From contig NZ_JAGIOS010000002.1 in assembly GCF_017876815.1 (NCBI RefSeq), forward strand, positions 180,001-212,000: a DNA stretch of 32,000 nucleotides, in the 5' to 3' direction. How positions within the stretch are numbered: the stretch's first letter is position 1; every line of letters starts with the position of its first letter. A program made the position numbers and the translations under genes. This DNA is from Sinorhizobium meliloti (GTDB lineage: Bacteria > Pseudomonadota > Alphaproteobacteria > Rhizobiales > Rhizobiaceae). Positions 8,581 to 18,078 of the stretch are shown here, one piece after another. The notes beneath the pieces were generated by a model. It did no database searches, was not told the origin of the DNA, and saw only the letters and a list, made by a program, of their open reading frames with translations.

Positions 8581-9744
8581 ATGAAACATGCAACAGCCCC
8601 CGCGGAGCCGGCCATGCCCGCCTCCGCTACCCGTCAGATCGAAGGACGGCCATTCCTCGAAATCGACGGCCTCTGGAAGGCCTATGGCGATTTCGTCGCG
8701 CTGCGCGACATCGACCTTCAGGTGAAGGAGGGCGAATTCATCTGTTTCCTCGGACCTTCCGGCTGCGGAAAGACCACGCTACTGAGGGCCATCGCCGGCC
8801 TCGACATCCAGTCGCGGGGCACCATTTGCCAAGGCGGACAGGATATTTCGAGGTTGCCGCCGGCGCAGCGGGACTATGGCATCGTCTTTCAGTCCTATGC
8901 GCTCTTCCCGAATCTTACCATCGAGAAGAACATCGCCTTCGGGCTCGAGAATATCGGCCGCCCGCGGCGCGAAATCGCCTCACGCGTTTCTGAGCTTCTG
9001 GAGCTCGTCGGTTTGAGCAGCCAGGGCCGGAAATACCCGGCCCAGCTATCCGGCGGACAGCAGCAGCGCGTGGCTCTTGCCCGCGCCATGGCGATCTCGC
9101 CGGGCCTGCTGCTTCTCGACGAGCCCCTGTCGGCGCTCGACGCCAAGGTGCGCGTGCATCTGAGACACGAGATCAAGGAGCTGCAGCGCAAGCTCGGCGT
9201 CACCACGATCATGGTCACGCACGATCAGGAAGAGGCGCTCGCCATGGCCGACCGCATCGTCGTCATGAACCAAGGCGGCATCGAACAGGTAGGTACGCCG
9301 ACCGAGATCTATCGCCACCCGAAGACACTCTTCGTCGCCGACTTCATCGGAGAGACCAATCAGTTCCCCGCAACGGTCGGGAAGGGGGCGCAGGTCGAGA
9401 TCGGGCACACGCGATTTGCCTGTGCCGAGCACCGGCTGCCATCAGGTGCATCGGTCGTAGCCGCTGTCCGGCCGGCCGATATCATCCCGCACGGCGCCGC
9501 CGCCCATCGGGCGACCGGGCTCGATGCCGTAGGCAATGCGGACAATCTCATCGACGCGCATGTGGAGGATATGGAGTTTCTCGGCATGTTCTGGCGCACA
9601 CGGCTCTCGGCCCCGCGCCTGAAAGAGAAGGCGCTCGTGGCGGACTTCTCGACGAACGCGGTTCGCCGCCTGAGCATCGAGATCGGCAGCGCCATCCAGG
9701 TCGAAATCCCGCAGGAACGCCTGCTCCTTTTTGCAAAGGCCTGA
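8581..9744 (+). CDS. ABC transporter ATP-binding protein (phnT-like)
   Basis: 387 aa from ATG 8581 with AGGAG 6 nt upstream. Walker A GPSGCGKTT, signature LSGGQQQRVALARA, Walker B LLLLDEPLSALD, H-loop VTHDQ. C-terminal regulatory/TOBE-like extension. Confidence 0.9.
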   Translation: MKHATAPAEPAMPASATRQIEGRPFLEIDGLWKAYGDFVALRDIDLQVKEGEFICFLGPSGCGKTTLLRAIAGLDIQSRGTICQGGQDISRLPPAQRDYGIVFQSYALFPNLTIEKNIAFGLENIGRPRREIASRVSELLELVGLSSQGRKYPAQLSGGQQQRVALARAMAISPGLLLLDEPLSALDAKVRVHLRHEIKELQRKLGVTTIMVTHDQEEALAMADRIVVMNQGGIEQVGTPTEIYRHPKTLFVADFIGETNQFPATVGKGAQVEIGHTRFACAEHRLPSGASVVAAVRPADIIPHGAAAHRATGLDAVGNADNLIDAHVEDMEFLGMFWRTRLSAPRLKEKALVADFSTNAVRRLSIEIGSAIQVEIPQERLLLFAKA

Positions 9745-9749
9745 CGCGA

Positions 9750-11792
9750 ATGACGCTTGCTGTCGATTTCCTTCCGCCCGGCCGAGCCGTTCGGCAGCAG
9801 ATTTCCGGCGATGACTGGCTCAAACGCGCAGTCATGCTCGTCGTCGGCATCTATCTGGTTGTTGCACTTGCGCTACCGCTCTTCGTGATGCTGTCGAAGT
9901 CGTTCTCCACCTACACGTTCGATCTCCACCAGTTCGAGTTCCAGGTGAGCGACCAAAGCGGGCAGGGGTGGAGCGATCCCGTTACCGCCGCGGCGCTCAA
10001 TGCCGCCGTCGCCGCCTTCCCGGAAAGCGACCTCAAGGCCAGCGCCGACGGGCGGCTGCAGGCGGCGAAGCTTTTCCCGGATTTCAGCTTCCGCAGCCCC
10101 GTCAGATATCGCATCCGCGGCACGAGCGACGAGACGCACTTCCTTGCCGGTTCGCAGCTGGTGCGCGGTACCGAGTGGCAGGAATATGACAGCAACAATT
10201 TCCGCCGGGTGATGCTGCGGCCCTCGCGCTCGATCGGGCTCTCCAACTTCGCCGAGTATTTTTCAACGCCTTCTCTGGTCCGTTCGATCAAGAATTCGGT
10301 GACGATGGCGCTGATCAGCACCGCAGTCACGCTCGTCGTCGCTTTCGGGCTCGCCTATGCCCTGAACAGGAGCCGGATGCCGGGGAAGGGGCTGTTCAAG
10401 CTCATCGTCACGATCCCGATCCTCGTTCCGTCCCTCTTGCCGGGCATCGCGCTCGTGTACCTGTTCGGCAACCAGGGCGTCTTCAGGGATCTGCTGCTCG
10501 GCCATTCGATCTATGGCCCGCTCGGCATCGTCGTGGGCTCGGTATTCTTCACGCTGCCGCACGCCTTTCTGATCATATCGACGGCGCTCTGGGTCGCCGA
10601 CGCCCGTCACTACGAGGCGGCGACGTCGCTTCGCGCAAGCAAGTGGCGGACCTTCTGGACGGTGACCGTGCCCGGCGCCCGATACGGTTTGATCTCCGCC
10701 GCCTTCGTCGTCTTCACCCTGGTCATAACCGATTTCGGCCTGCCCAAGGTCATCGGCGGGCAATATGGCATGCTTGCCGTCGACATCTACAAGCAGGTCA
10801 TCGGCCAGCAAAATTTCGAAATGGGCGCCGTCGTCTCGGTCATTCTGCTCGTTCCGGCATTTCTGGCCTTCGCGGTGGATCGCCTGACACAGCGCCGGCA
10901 GGTGGCCCTGCTGTCTGCGCGCGCCGTACCCTATGAGCCGAAACCGCGGCGCGGCTTCGATGCGGCATGCTTTGCTTTCTGCACGCTGGTCGCAGTCTTC
11001 GTGCTCGGCATGATCGGCATGTGCCAGGTCGCGGCGCTCGTGAAGTTCTGGCCCTACGATCTCAGCCTGTCGCTGCGCAACTATGCCTTCGATCTCATGG
11101 ATGGCGGCGGCTGGGACTCCTATTACAATTCGATCCGGCTCGCTCTCATGACGGCTGTCATCGGCTCACTGATCGTGTTCACCGGCGCCTACATGGTCGA
11201 AAAGACCAAGGGCTTCGGGCTCGGCCGGGCGACATTCCATATGCTCGCCATGCTTCCGATGGCCGTGCCGGGCATGGTGCTGGGTCTTGCCTATATCTTC
11301 TTCTTCAACAGTGCCGCAAACCCGCTTCACGGCATCTACGGCACGATGACGATCCTGGTGCTGTGCACGGTCACGCATTTCTACACCGTCGCCCATCTGA
11401 CGGCGCTCACTGCGCTGAAGCAGCTGGACCCGGAGTTCGAGGCGGTGGCGGGTTCTCTGAAGATTCCTTTCTACAAGCTCTTCTTCCGGGTCACACTGCC
11501 GGTTTGCCTCCCTGCCGTGCTGGAGATCGCGATCTATCTCTTCGTCAACGCCATGACGACGGTCTCGGCGGTCGTGTTCCTCTATGCCACGGACACCAAG
11601 CTCGCCTCGGTTGCGATCCTGAACATGGACGATGCGGGCGACATAGCCCCGGCGGCCGCGATGGGCATGATGATCTTCTACACCAATGTCGCGGCAAAAC
11701 TTCTTCACGCGTTTGTATCGCGGCTTCTTCTTGCCCGCACACAGGGCTGGCGGCGTGTATCGCAGAGTGCAGCGGCTACCGTTCCGCACTGA
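9750..11792 (+). CDS. ABC transporter permease, fused two-domain type (phnU/V-like)
   Basis: 680 aa, polytopic. Two MetI-like halves, each with an EAA-type loop (EAATSLRASKWRTFWTVTVPGARYG and EAVAGSLKIPFYKLFFRVTLPVCLP). Starts 5 nt after the ATPase stop. Confidence 0.9.
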   Translation: MTLAVDFLPPGRAVRQQISGDDWLKRAVMLVVGIYLVVALALPLFVMLSKSFSTYTFDLHQFEFQVSDQSGQGWSDPVTAAALNAAVAAFPESDLKASADGRLQAAKLFPDFSFRSPVRYRIRGTSDETHFLAGSQLVRGTEWQEYDSNNFRRVMLRPSRSIGLSNFAEYFSTPSLVRSIKNSVTMALISTAVTLVVAFGLAYALNRSRMPGKGLFKLIVTIPILVPSLLPGIALVYLFGNQGVFRDLLLGHSIYGPLGIVVGSVFFTLPHAFLIISTALWVADARHYEAATSLRASKWRTFWTVTVPGARYGLISAAFVVFTLVITDFGLPKVIGGQYGMLAVDIYKQVIGQQNFEMGAVVSVILLVPAFLAFAVDRLTQRRQVALLSARAVPYEPKPRRGFDAACFAFCTLVAVFVLGMIGMCQVAALVKFWPYDLSLSLRNYAFDLMDGGGWDSYYNSIRLALMTAVIGSLIVFTGAYMVEKTKGFGLGRATFHMLAMLPMAVPGMVLGLAYIFFFNSAANPLHGIYGTMTILVLCTVTHFYTVAHLTALTALKQLDPEFEAVAGSLKIPFYKLFFRVTLPVCLPAVLEIAIYLFVNAMTTVSAVVFLYATDTKLASVAILNMDDAGDIAPAAAMGMMIFYTNVAAKLLHAFVSRLLLARTQGWRRVSQSAAATVPH

Positions 11793-11814
11793 CCGCCGAG
11801 CCGGCTAACGTGAC

Positions 11815-11840
11815 GTCACCCCCGCCTTTGTGGGGGTGAC
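11815..11840 (+). terminator. Hairpin after the importer operon, related to the CCCCC..GGGGG repeat family
   Basis: GTCACCCCC / GGGGGTGAC 9-bp stem with an 8-nt loop, 23 nt after the permease stop. There is no clear T-tract, so it may act as a repeat or stabiliser rather than a terminator. Confidence 0.4.
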
Positions 11841-11976
11841 AAGTCGAAGTTTCCAATCTCATTATTTCGGGTGGGGCTGACGGGCAGGCGCACGCCATGC
11901 GTGCGGGGTGGAAAATTGGCAGCTGCAGAACGGCACAGCCGTAAATGCGCACAATCGTCAGAGAGGGAAGCTTACG

Positions 11977-14900
11977 ATGCCGAACCCTAGCCAGACCAGC
12001 GACAATTGGTGGATCAACGATCAGACGCCGGATAACCCTTACGGCAAGAGCGAGGACTATGAGTCTTTTCTCGACTACCTTGGGGCGTTGCCCCGCAGTC
12101 TGACGCCGGAAATGGCTGCGGGAACGCTGAGGATCAACGTTTACGAGCTCAACGATCACCCCGAGTACAAGGCCGCCGCGATAGGCGCCTTGCAGATGTG
12201 GGCATCCGTCACCCCACTGAAGTTCGAGATCGTCGACGACACACCGTTCGACAGCACGACGGACTGGATGGAGGTCGTCAGCCCCGAGCTCGGCGAGGAG
12301 GACGATGGCAGCGCCTATTCGAGCAACCGTTATGTCAGCATCGGTCAGCGTTTCCACGACACGGAACCCAATAAGACGGATATCGGCGGCTATGTCTTCG
12401 ATTCCTTTATCCATGAGTTCGGCCATGAATTCGGGCTGAACCATCCCGGGCTCTACAATTACAGCGGTCCCGGCGGCGTGCAGATCAACTACCTGAACAA
12501 TGCGACCTGGACCTATGATCGCCAGCAATACAGCGTCATGTCCTATTTCGATGGGATCGATGTCGGGGAAACCAGCCGCTGGTCTGCCTCGACCCCGCTC
12601 ATGGCCGACATAGAGGCCGTCATCCGCCGCTTTTTCTCAACCGTCGACGAGAATGGAGTGCGTACCTATCAGCACATCGACCTCAACACAGGGGACAATG
12701 TCTACGGCTTCGGGAGCACGCAGTACGGCTACCAATTGACCTCGTCCGGCATGCAGCACGACATCGGTTTTGCCATTCATGACACCGGCGGGGTCGACAC
12801 GATCGACTTCTCCGGCTCGACCGCGGGTACGATCCTCGACTTGCGCGCCGGACAGTTCTCAAGTGTCAACGGTCACAGCAATAATGTGTCGATCTTCGCC
12901 GGCCACAATGCGGATGCGGCGGACTATTACATCGAGACGGGGATCGGCAGCAGGTTTGACGACATCCTGATCGGCAATGACGGCGCCAACACCCTGGACG
13001 GCCGGAGCGGCGGCGACCGCATGGCTGGCAACGGCGGCGACGATACTTATTTCGTCGATTCGCTGGAGGACATCGTTCGTGAGGAGGCCAATGGCGGCAA
13101 CGACACGGTCATCCTCCTGTCCAGGAACCTGAAAATCAGGAAAATCGCCAACGTCGAAAACATCATCTACGCCGACGAGTCGACAACCCAGCCGGGCGGC
13201 GGCGGCGCGTCTCCGCCCATCGCCGGGGACAACACGATGACCAGCATCATCTTCGGCGGCAACGGAAATGATACGCTCGACGGCGGCGCCGGCGACGACA
13301 CGATTTTCGGCAAGGGAGGAGACGACCTGATCATCGGCGGCCGCGACTCGCTCGCCAGCCGCGATATCAACAACACGATCGATGTCGAAGATCTTGAAGA
13401 CCAGACCGAAAGCGACGATGGCAACGATACGCTCTACGGCGGCGGCGGCAATGACACCATTCTTGGCGGCCAGGGCAACGATATTCTCGACGGGGGCGCC
13501 GGCGACGATGTGCTGAGCGGCCAGGACGGCGTGGACATATTCAGGGGCGGGGCAGGCGTCGATACTGTCGATTTCAGCAAGGAGAGCCCTTTCCAACTGC
13601 TCGTCAACCTTGCCACGAATGTCGCCAGCGGCGGCACCGCCTCAGGCGACACTTTCCACAGCATCGAAAACCTGATCGGTTCCGATGACCGCATTGACCG
13701 CTTCATCGGCACATCCGCCGCAAATCATTTCTGGGGCCAAGGCGGCGGGGATTATTTCAATGGCGGCGGCGGCAATGACATTCTGGATGGCGGCAACGAT
13801 GGCGATATCCTGTATGGCGAAGCCGGCAACGACACGGTCATCGGTGGCGCCGGTCAGGACTATCTGGATGGTGGTTCCGGTATCGACACGGTCGTCTATG
13901 CGGGCAGCCCGGACGGCGTGACGATCGATCTTGCCAACGGCACGGCCAGCGGCGGCGACGGTGATGGTCCGGTGCAAATCGTCGGCCGAGGCGCAGTCAT
14001 CCGGCACGATATTCTCGTCGGCTTCGAAAATGCCGCCGGTTCATCGTTCGATGACCATCTCATCGGCAATGCCCTGGCCAATGAGCTCTCCGGCGGTGCT
14101 GGCGACGATACGCTGACCGGCGGCGGCGGCGCCGACAGATTGAACGGCGGCGCCGGCAGCGACACGGCGGACTACGCTGACGCGACGAGCGGCGTGAGGC
14201 TCAGTCTCGCTGGAGGCAGGTCCGGCGGAGATACATATGTCTCCATCGAGAATCTTGCGGGGTCGGGATTCGGCGACCGGCTGACCGGCAACGGCGCAGC
14301 CAATGTGTTGACCGGCCAAGGCGGAAACGACACGATCGACGGCGGCCGCGGTGACGACACCCTGCTCGGCGATTTTGCCTATCAGGGGGACGCGCCGCCG
14401 CGTCCGGGCATGGGAAGCGGCTACGCCACGCTTGGACCGGACGCGGCGAACAACTCCATCGCAGCCGCGTTCGACATTTCCAACAACTTTTCCCTGACCA
14501 GCGACCCCGATATCTTCGATTCGACAACGATCCTTCATACGACCGTCAACGCCACCGGAAACGGCCGGGGCGGGTACTACAAGATCGATCTGGCGGCCGG
14601 TACGGTCATTACGATCGACATTGACGGAATTGCCGATCCGAATGTCCATGACAGCTGGGTCAGGCTGCTCGACAGCGCCGGCAACATCGTCGCTCAGAAC
14701 GATGACGGCGGCGGCGACCCCGGCTCTACAAGCAACCGGGATTCCAGCCTGGTATTCGTAGCTCAGGAGACCGGCACCTATTACATACTGGAAGGCAGCT
14801 GGTCACCGACGGCGCCGGGCGATGGCTGGGCGGAAGCCGTGCCGGCAGGCTCGACATATGAGTTGAACGTATCGGTCGAGTTCCCCCCTCAGCCGGCCCA

Positions 14901-15315
14901 GCCGGGTGTTGCGGGATCCGACACGCTCATTGGCGGCGGAGGCAGCGATCTGCTGGACGGCGGTCTGGCGGCCGACACGCTCACCGGCGGCGCGGGAGAG
15001 GATACATTCCGCTTCTCGACGGCGCTTGGAAACGGCAATGTCGACTGGATCAAGGACTTCAATGTCATCGACGACACGATCCTGCTGGACAACCTCATCT
15101 TCGAGAGCGTGGGTGGCGAAGGCGCTCTCGCCCTGGGTGCATTTTACGGGAGTGCGGGGGGCGTCGCCCATGACGCCGACGACCGCATCATCTACGATGC
15201 CGATAGCGGCGTCTTGTCCTATGACGCCGATGGCGCCGGAGAAATCGCGGCGATTCAATATGCGCAGCTGAGCACAAATCTGAAGCTTTCGGCGGCCGAC
15301 TTCATTATTATCTAA
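11977..15315 (+). CDS. Secreted RTX (calcium-binding repeat) serralysin-like zinc metalloprotease with an internal PPC-like domain
   Basis: 1112 aa from ATG 11977, with SD GAGAGGGAAG ending 6 nt upstream (11961-11970); the track start at 11908 is GTG. Zinc motif HEFGHEFGLNH (12412-12444) and Met-turn SVMSY (12532-12546). At least six blocks of GGxGxD nonapeptide repeats. A pre-peptidase-C-terminal-like segment spans about 14440-14870 (YYKIDLAAGTVITIDIDG...LLDSAGNIVAQNDDGGG...GTYYILEGSW). No N-terminal signal peptide. The extreme C-terminus is DFIII. Confidence 0.85.
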   Translation: MPNPSQTSDNWWINDQTPDNPYGKSEDYESFLDYLGALPRSLTPEMAAGTLRINVYELNDHPEYKAAAIGALQMWASVTPLKFEIVDDTPFDSTTDWMEVVSPELGEEDDGSAYSSNRYVSIGQRFHDTEPNKTDIGGYVFDSFIHEFGHEFGLNHPGLYNYSGPGGVQINYLNNATWTYDRQQYSVMSYFDGIDVGETSRWSASTPLMADIEAVIRRFFSTVDENGVRTYQHIDLNTGDNVYGFGSTQYGYQLTSSGMQHDIGFAIHDTGGVDTIDFSGSTAGTILDLRAGQFSSVNGHSNNVSIFAGHNADAADYYIETGIGSRFDDILIGNDGANTLDGRSGGDRMAGNGGDDTYFVDSLEDIVREEANGGNDTVILLSRNLKIRKIANVENIIYADESTTQPGGGGASPPIAGDNTMTSIIFGGNGNDTLDGGAGDDTIFGKGGDDLIIGGRDSLASRDINNTIDVEDLEDQTESDDGNDTLYGGGGNDTILGGQGNDILDGGAGDDVLSGQDGVDIFRGGAGVDTVDFSKESPFQLLVNLATNVASGGTASGDTFHSIENLIGSDDRIDRFIGTSAANHFWGQGGGDYFNGGGGNDILDGGNDGDILYGEAGNDTVIGGAGQDYLDGGSGIDTVVYAGSPDGVTIDLANGTASGGDGDGPVQIVGRGAVIRHDILVGFENAAGSSFDDHLIGNALANELSGGAGDDTLTGGGGADRLNGGAGSDTADYADATSGVRLSLAGGRSGGDTYVSIENLAGSGFGDRLTGNGAANVLTGQGGNDTIDGGRGDDTLLGDFAYQGDAPPRPGMGSGYATLGPDAANNSIAAAFDISNNFSLTSDPDIFDSTTILHTTVNATGNGRGGYYKIDLAAGTVITIDIDGIADPNVHDSWVRLLDSAGNIVAQNDDGGGDPGSTSNRDSSLVFVAQETGTYYILEGSWSPTAPGDGWAEAVPAGSTYELNVSVEFPPQPAQPGVAGSDTLIGGGGSDLLDGGLAADTLTGGAGEDTFRFSTALGNGNVDWIKDFNVIDDTILLDNLIFESVGGEGALALGAFYGSAGGVAHDADDRIIYDADSGVLSYDADGAGEIAAIQYAQLSTNLKLSAADFIII

Positions 15316-15321
15316 CCTGAT

Positions 15322-15355
15322 AGTGGATGGGGCGCTTTCAGGCGCCCCATCCACT
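15322..15355 (+). terminator. Stem-loop terminator after the RTX protease gene
   Basis: Perfect 14-bp stem AGTGGATGGGGCGC / GCGCCCCATCCACT with a 6-nt loop, 7 nt after the stop. The T-tract is weak. Confidence 0.5.
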
Positions 15356-15440
15356 GCGTCGTGCATCCTTTCGAATTACAAGCCGAGCGGTAGTGCCGCT
15401 ACCGTAGGGGTTTCGCGGGGCGTCCATGGGAGAGTGTGTG

Positions 15441-15839
15441 ATGAAGCGCCCGACCAACCGCCGCACAGTATTGATGACCGCCGGAGCTGCGGCCGTCGCC
15501 GCGGTCGCCGGGCCAGTCGCTGCGCAATCGCCGGATATTCGTGGCGCAGTCACATTCGAGGGCGGCGCGGTCCCGGAAGGTCATCTAGAAATTTACCTCG
15601 AGGATCCTGCCATTCAGGACGAAGCGCGACGTCGCGCCACGGAAACGCGCATCAAAAGCGACGGCACGTCAACGTCGATAGCATTTTCCTTGTCCCCGCC
15701 CGCCAGCGTGAATGCTTCGCCAACGCTGCGGATCGTTGCGCGCCTGGAGCGTGCGGATGGCTGGCTGGTCGCGCGCGGCAGCACACGGTTCGAGGCGGGT
15801 TCGCCTGTCTACGTCACGCTCAATCCAGTTATGTATTGA
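15441..15839 (+). CDS. Small exported protein of unknown function with a Tat-type signal (YbaY/YscW-like pattern)
   Basis: 132 aa from ATG 15441 with GGGAGAG 6 nt upstream. Twin-arginine signal reads MKRPTNRRTVLMTAGAAAVAAVAGPVAA/QS. The mature part has alternating beta-strand-like segments (IRGAVTFEGG..HLEIYLED...IAFSL...LRIVARLER) reminiscent of YbaY-type lipoprotein domains. That resemblance is from memory only. Confidence 0.6.
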   Translation: MKRPTNRRTVLMTAGAAAVAAVAGPVAAQSPDIRGAVTFEGGAVPEGHLEIYLEDPAIQDEARRRATETRIKSDGTSTSIAFSLSPPASVNASPTLRIVARLERADGWLVARGSTRFEAGSPVYVTLNPVMY

Positions 15840-15849
15840 AGAGCCAAGA

Positions 15850-15893
15850 CTACAGCGCCGCGCGTCTTATCAGACGCGCAAAGGTCGCTGTAG
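15850..15893. terminator. Nested hairpin between convergent genes, a candidate bidirectional terminator
   Basis: Outer stem CTACAGCG / CGCTGTAG (15850-15857 / 15886-15893). Inner stem GCGCGTCT-TATC-AGACGCGC (15860-15879). Confidence 0.45.
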
Positions 15894-15927
15894 CACTTTG
15901 GCACACGTGATCAGTCGAGCGGGATCA

Positions 15928-16710
15928 TCACCCGTCAGGGACAGTTCCGACCCGCTGGAATCCATCGAGCGCACGCCGCAAGCGAGTGGTGGCGACCCGA
16001 CCGAGCATGATTGGCGTAAGGGACCGGCCGAGCGACAGGAGCGAGCGCCCCTTGTCTTGCGATCTCACGCGCACCACCCGATCCAGATTTATAATCAGAG
16101 AGCGGCTGACGCGGAAGAATGGCGGCGTCGGAAGCTCTGCGTCGAACTGGCCGAGCAACCGGCATACCAGATGGTCCCGTGCATCCGCCATCACGATGCG
16201 CGTAAAGTCCGCTTCGGCGGCCAGCATGGCGATCCCGTCGGTCGGCAGGACGAGTGTTTGGCCCGCCATCCTGATGTGCAAGCGTCGCCTGCCCGGCATG
16301 ACCACCGGCAGCACGGTTGCCGTGTCATCGAGGACCTTGCCGCCGAGTTCGAGTGCGTGCCGATAACGCCGCAACCGCTCGAGGGTCAGCGCCAGGCGCT
16401 GCCGCTCGACCGGCTTCAGCAGGAAGTCGAGCGCTGCGACATCGAAGGCTTGAGGCGCGTAGGTGCCATGTCCGGTCACGAAGACGATCGCGGGCACCTG
16501 ATCGAGCCGCTTGATGAGGCCGAAGCCGTCATCGTCGCCAAGGTCGATGTCGAGGAAGATCGCATCTGGCCGCAAGGCGTGCGTCAGTTGATGCGCCTGA
16601 TCCAGTGAGCCGGCTTCGCCGACGACTTCGACATCCGGGTGCGCTTGCATGAGTCGCTTCAGCCCGCGCCGGGCCGGCGGCTCGTCGTCGACAACCATCA
16701 CGCGTAGCAT
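15928..16710 (-). CDS. LytTR/AlgR-family two-component response regulator
   Basis: 260 aa. Receiver domain (MLRVMVVDDEPPARRGL..., phospho-acceptor context IFLDIDLGD, LLKPV). C-terminal LytTR-type DNA-binding region (...FFRVSRSLIINLDRV...). Its start overlaps the kinase stop by 13 nt. Confidence 0.9.
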   Translation of the reverse strand: MLRVMVVDDEPPARRGLKRLMQAHPDVEVVGEAGSLDQAHQLTHALRPDAIFLDIDLGDDDGFGLIKRLDQVPAIVFVTGHGTYAPQAFDVAALDFLLKPVERQRLALTLERLRRYRHALELGGKVLDDTATVLPVVMPGRRRLHIRMAGQTLVLPTDGIAMLAAEADFTRIVMADARDHLVCRLLGQFDAELPTPPFFRVSRSLIINLDRVVRVRSQDKGRSLLSLGRSLTPIMLGRVATTRLRRALDGFQRVGTVPDG

Positions 16711-17849
16711 GCAGCCCCCCTCAGCATCAGTCGCGCGATCACCTTGTCGCCGGCCTGGATCAGTGTGAGTGCGTGGCCGAGTGGATAGTGCAGTTCCAGC
16801 CGGCGGCGAATGTTGGCGAGACCGATCGGCGGACGGTCACGCTCGCCCGCCTCCAGCCGGCCGGGATTGCTGATCTCGATGAAGAGGTCGGCATCCCGAC
16901 ACTCTACGGTGATGCCGACCGCGAAGCGGCTGGCCGGCGAGCGCAGTCCGTGCTTCACGGCGTTCTCGACCAGCGGCTGTAGAATGAGGTGCGGCACGGC
17001 GACCGGCCGGGCGGCGGGGTCCACCTCGACCACGCAATCGAGGCGACCTTCGAACCGCAACTCCTGGATACGGATGTAGGCCATCATCGCTTCGATCTCG
17101 TCCGAGAGCGGACAGATGCGACGCGTTTGGTTCTCGAGCAAGTAGCGCAGATACGCCGTGATCCGATGGATCATCTCAAGCGCGGTGTCCGGCTCCTCCG
17201 GAATCTCCATCGCGACAGTGTTCAGCACGTTGAACAGGAAGTGTGAATCGAGTTGCAGGCGCAGCTGGTGAAGCTCGGCCCGCAGCGCCTCCTCACGAGC
17301 CCGGTGGCGCCGCATCCGTTGCTTTCGGGCGTCGGCATCCGCCTTGATCCAGAGATAGGCAAGAGACCATCCCAGAAAGATAAGGGTATAGTAGATGGCC
17401 GGGATTACCGAGCCATTGGCGCCATAGTCCGGATCGATGTTCGGCTGCAGGACGTCCTTCATTGCGTTGGCGATCAGCATCTGCAGCACGCCACCGGCAA
17501 TCGAGAGCGCCAGGGCGACTGCAACGACCGTCAGCGTGACGCCGCCGATCCGGTGACGGAATATTCGGTAAGCAAGCGTAGTGAGCGCGAACCCAAGCGG
17601 CTCGAGAACGGCGGTCAATGCAAACGCGAACGCCACGTCCTCGAATGCGAGAATACGGCTGACGACGGCGAACAGCGCGCCGAAGAGCCAGCCGGCCGTC
17701 TGCGCCCGCCAGAACGAACCGAGCGCACCCACCAGAACGGTACCCGACCCGTTGAATTTTCGCTTCGTCCGGCTCCGCCTGTAGCTTGGATCCGCGATGT
17801 GACTTCCACTCAGATCGGGAAGCAGATCGGGCTCGGCAATAACAACCAT
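16698..17849 (-). CDS. LytS/YehU-type sensor histidine kinase (membrane-bound)
   Basis: 383 aa. About 5 predicted TM helices in the N-terminal half. H-box HFLFNVLNTV is typical of the His_kinase (LytS) family, and the N-box is LQPLVENAVKHG. It forms an operon with the LytTR regulator. Confidence 0.85.
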   Translation of the reverse strand: MVVIAEPDLLPDLSGSHIADPSYRRSRTKRKFNGSGTVLVGALGSFWRAQTAGWLFGALFAVVSRILAFEDVAFAFALTAVLEPLGFALTTLAYRIFRHRIGGVTLTVVAVALALSIAGGVLQMLIANAMKDVLQPNIDPDYGANGSVIPAIYYTLIFLGWSLAYLWIKADADARKQRMRRHRAREEALRAELHQLRLQLDSHFLFNVLNTVAMEIPEEPDTALEMIHRITAYLRYLLENQTRRICPLSDEIEAMMAYIRIQELRFEGRLDCVVEVDPAARPVAVPHLILQPLVENAVKHGLRSPASRFAVGITVECRDADLFIEISNPGRLEAGERDRPPIGLANIRRRLELHYPLGHALTLIQAGDKVIARLMLRGAACYA

Positions 17850-18078
17850 CGAGCTGTAATTCCCTAATTGCCGTCATCCCGGGGCAGGATTGGTTTCTTC
17901 ACCGAGTAGATCGACCGGTTCATCGAATAGGGCGTGTCTATGCGCGGAGGGCGCATCATTAATACCTATAAGGAGTCGCATATTCAGCGCGTCGCACACT
18001 CGCACGTTGAGCATGGTGGTGCAAGGTTTGCCGCCGTGTGTCGATGTATGAGCGCCATTTTTCGGGGGGATACATCGG

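Noticed and set aside
11908-11976. GTG start for the RTX protease, and a sigma-54-like TGGCAG at about 11917.
   Set aside because: ATG 11977 has a strong SD (GAGAGGGAAG). The TGGCAG is not followed by a properly spaced TTGC element, so there is no -24/-12 promoter.
15441-15839. The idea that the small exported protein downstream of the metalloprotease is a serralysin inhibitor (Inh/AprI type).
   Set aside because: The position is suggestive, but I see no resemblance to Inh/AprI sequences as I remember them. The pattern looks more like a YbaY-type domain. The idea is testable by a protease-inhibition assay but is not supported by the sequence.
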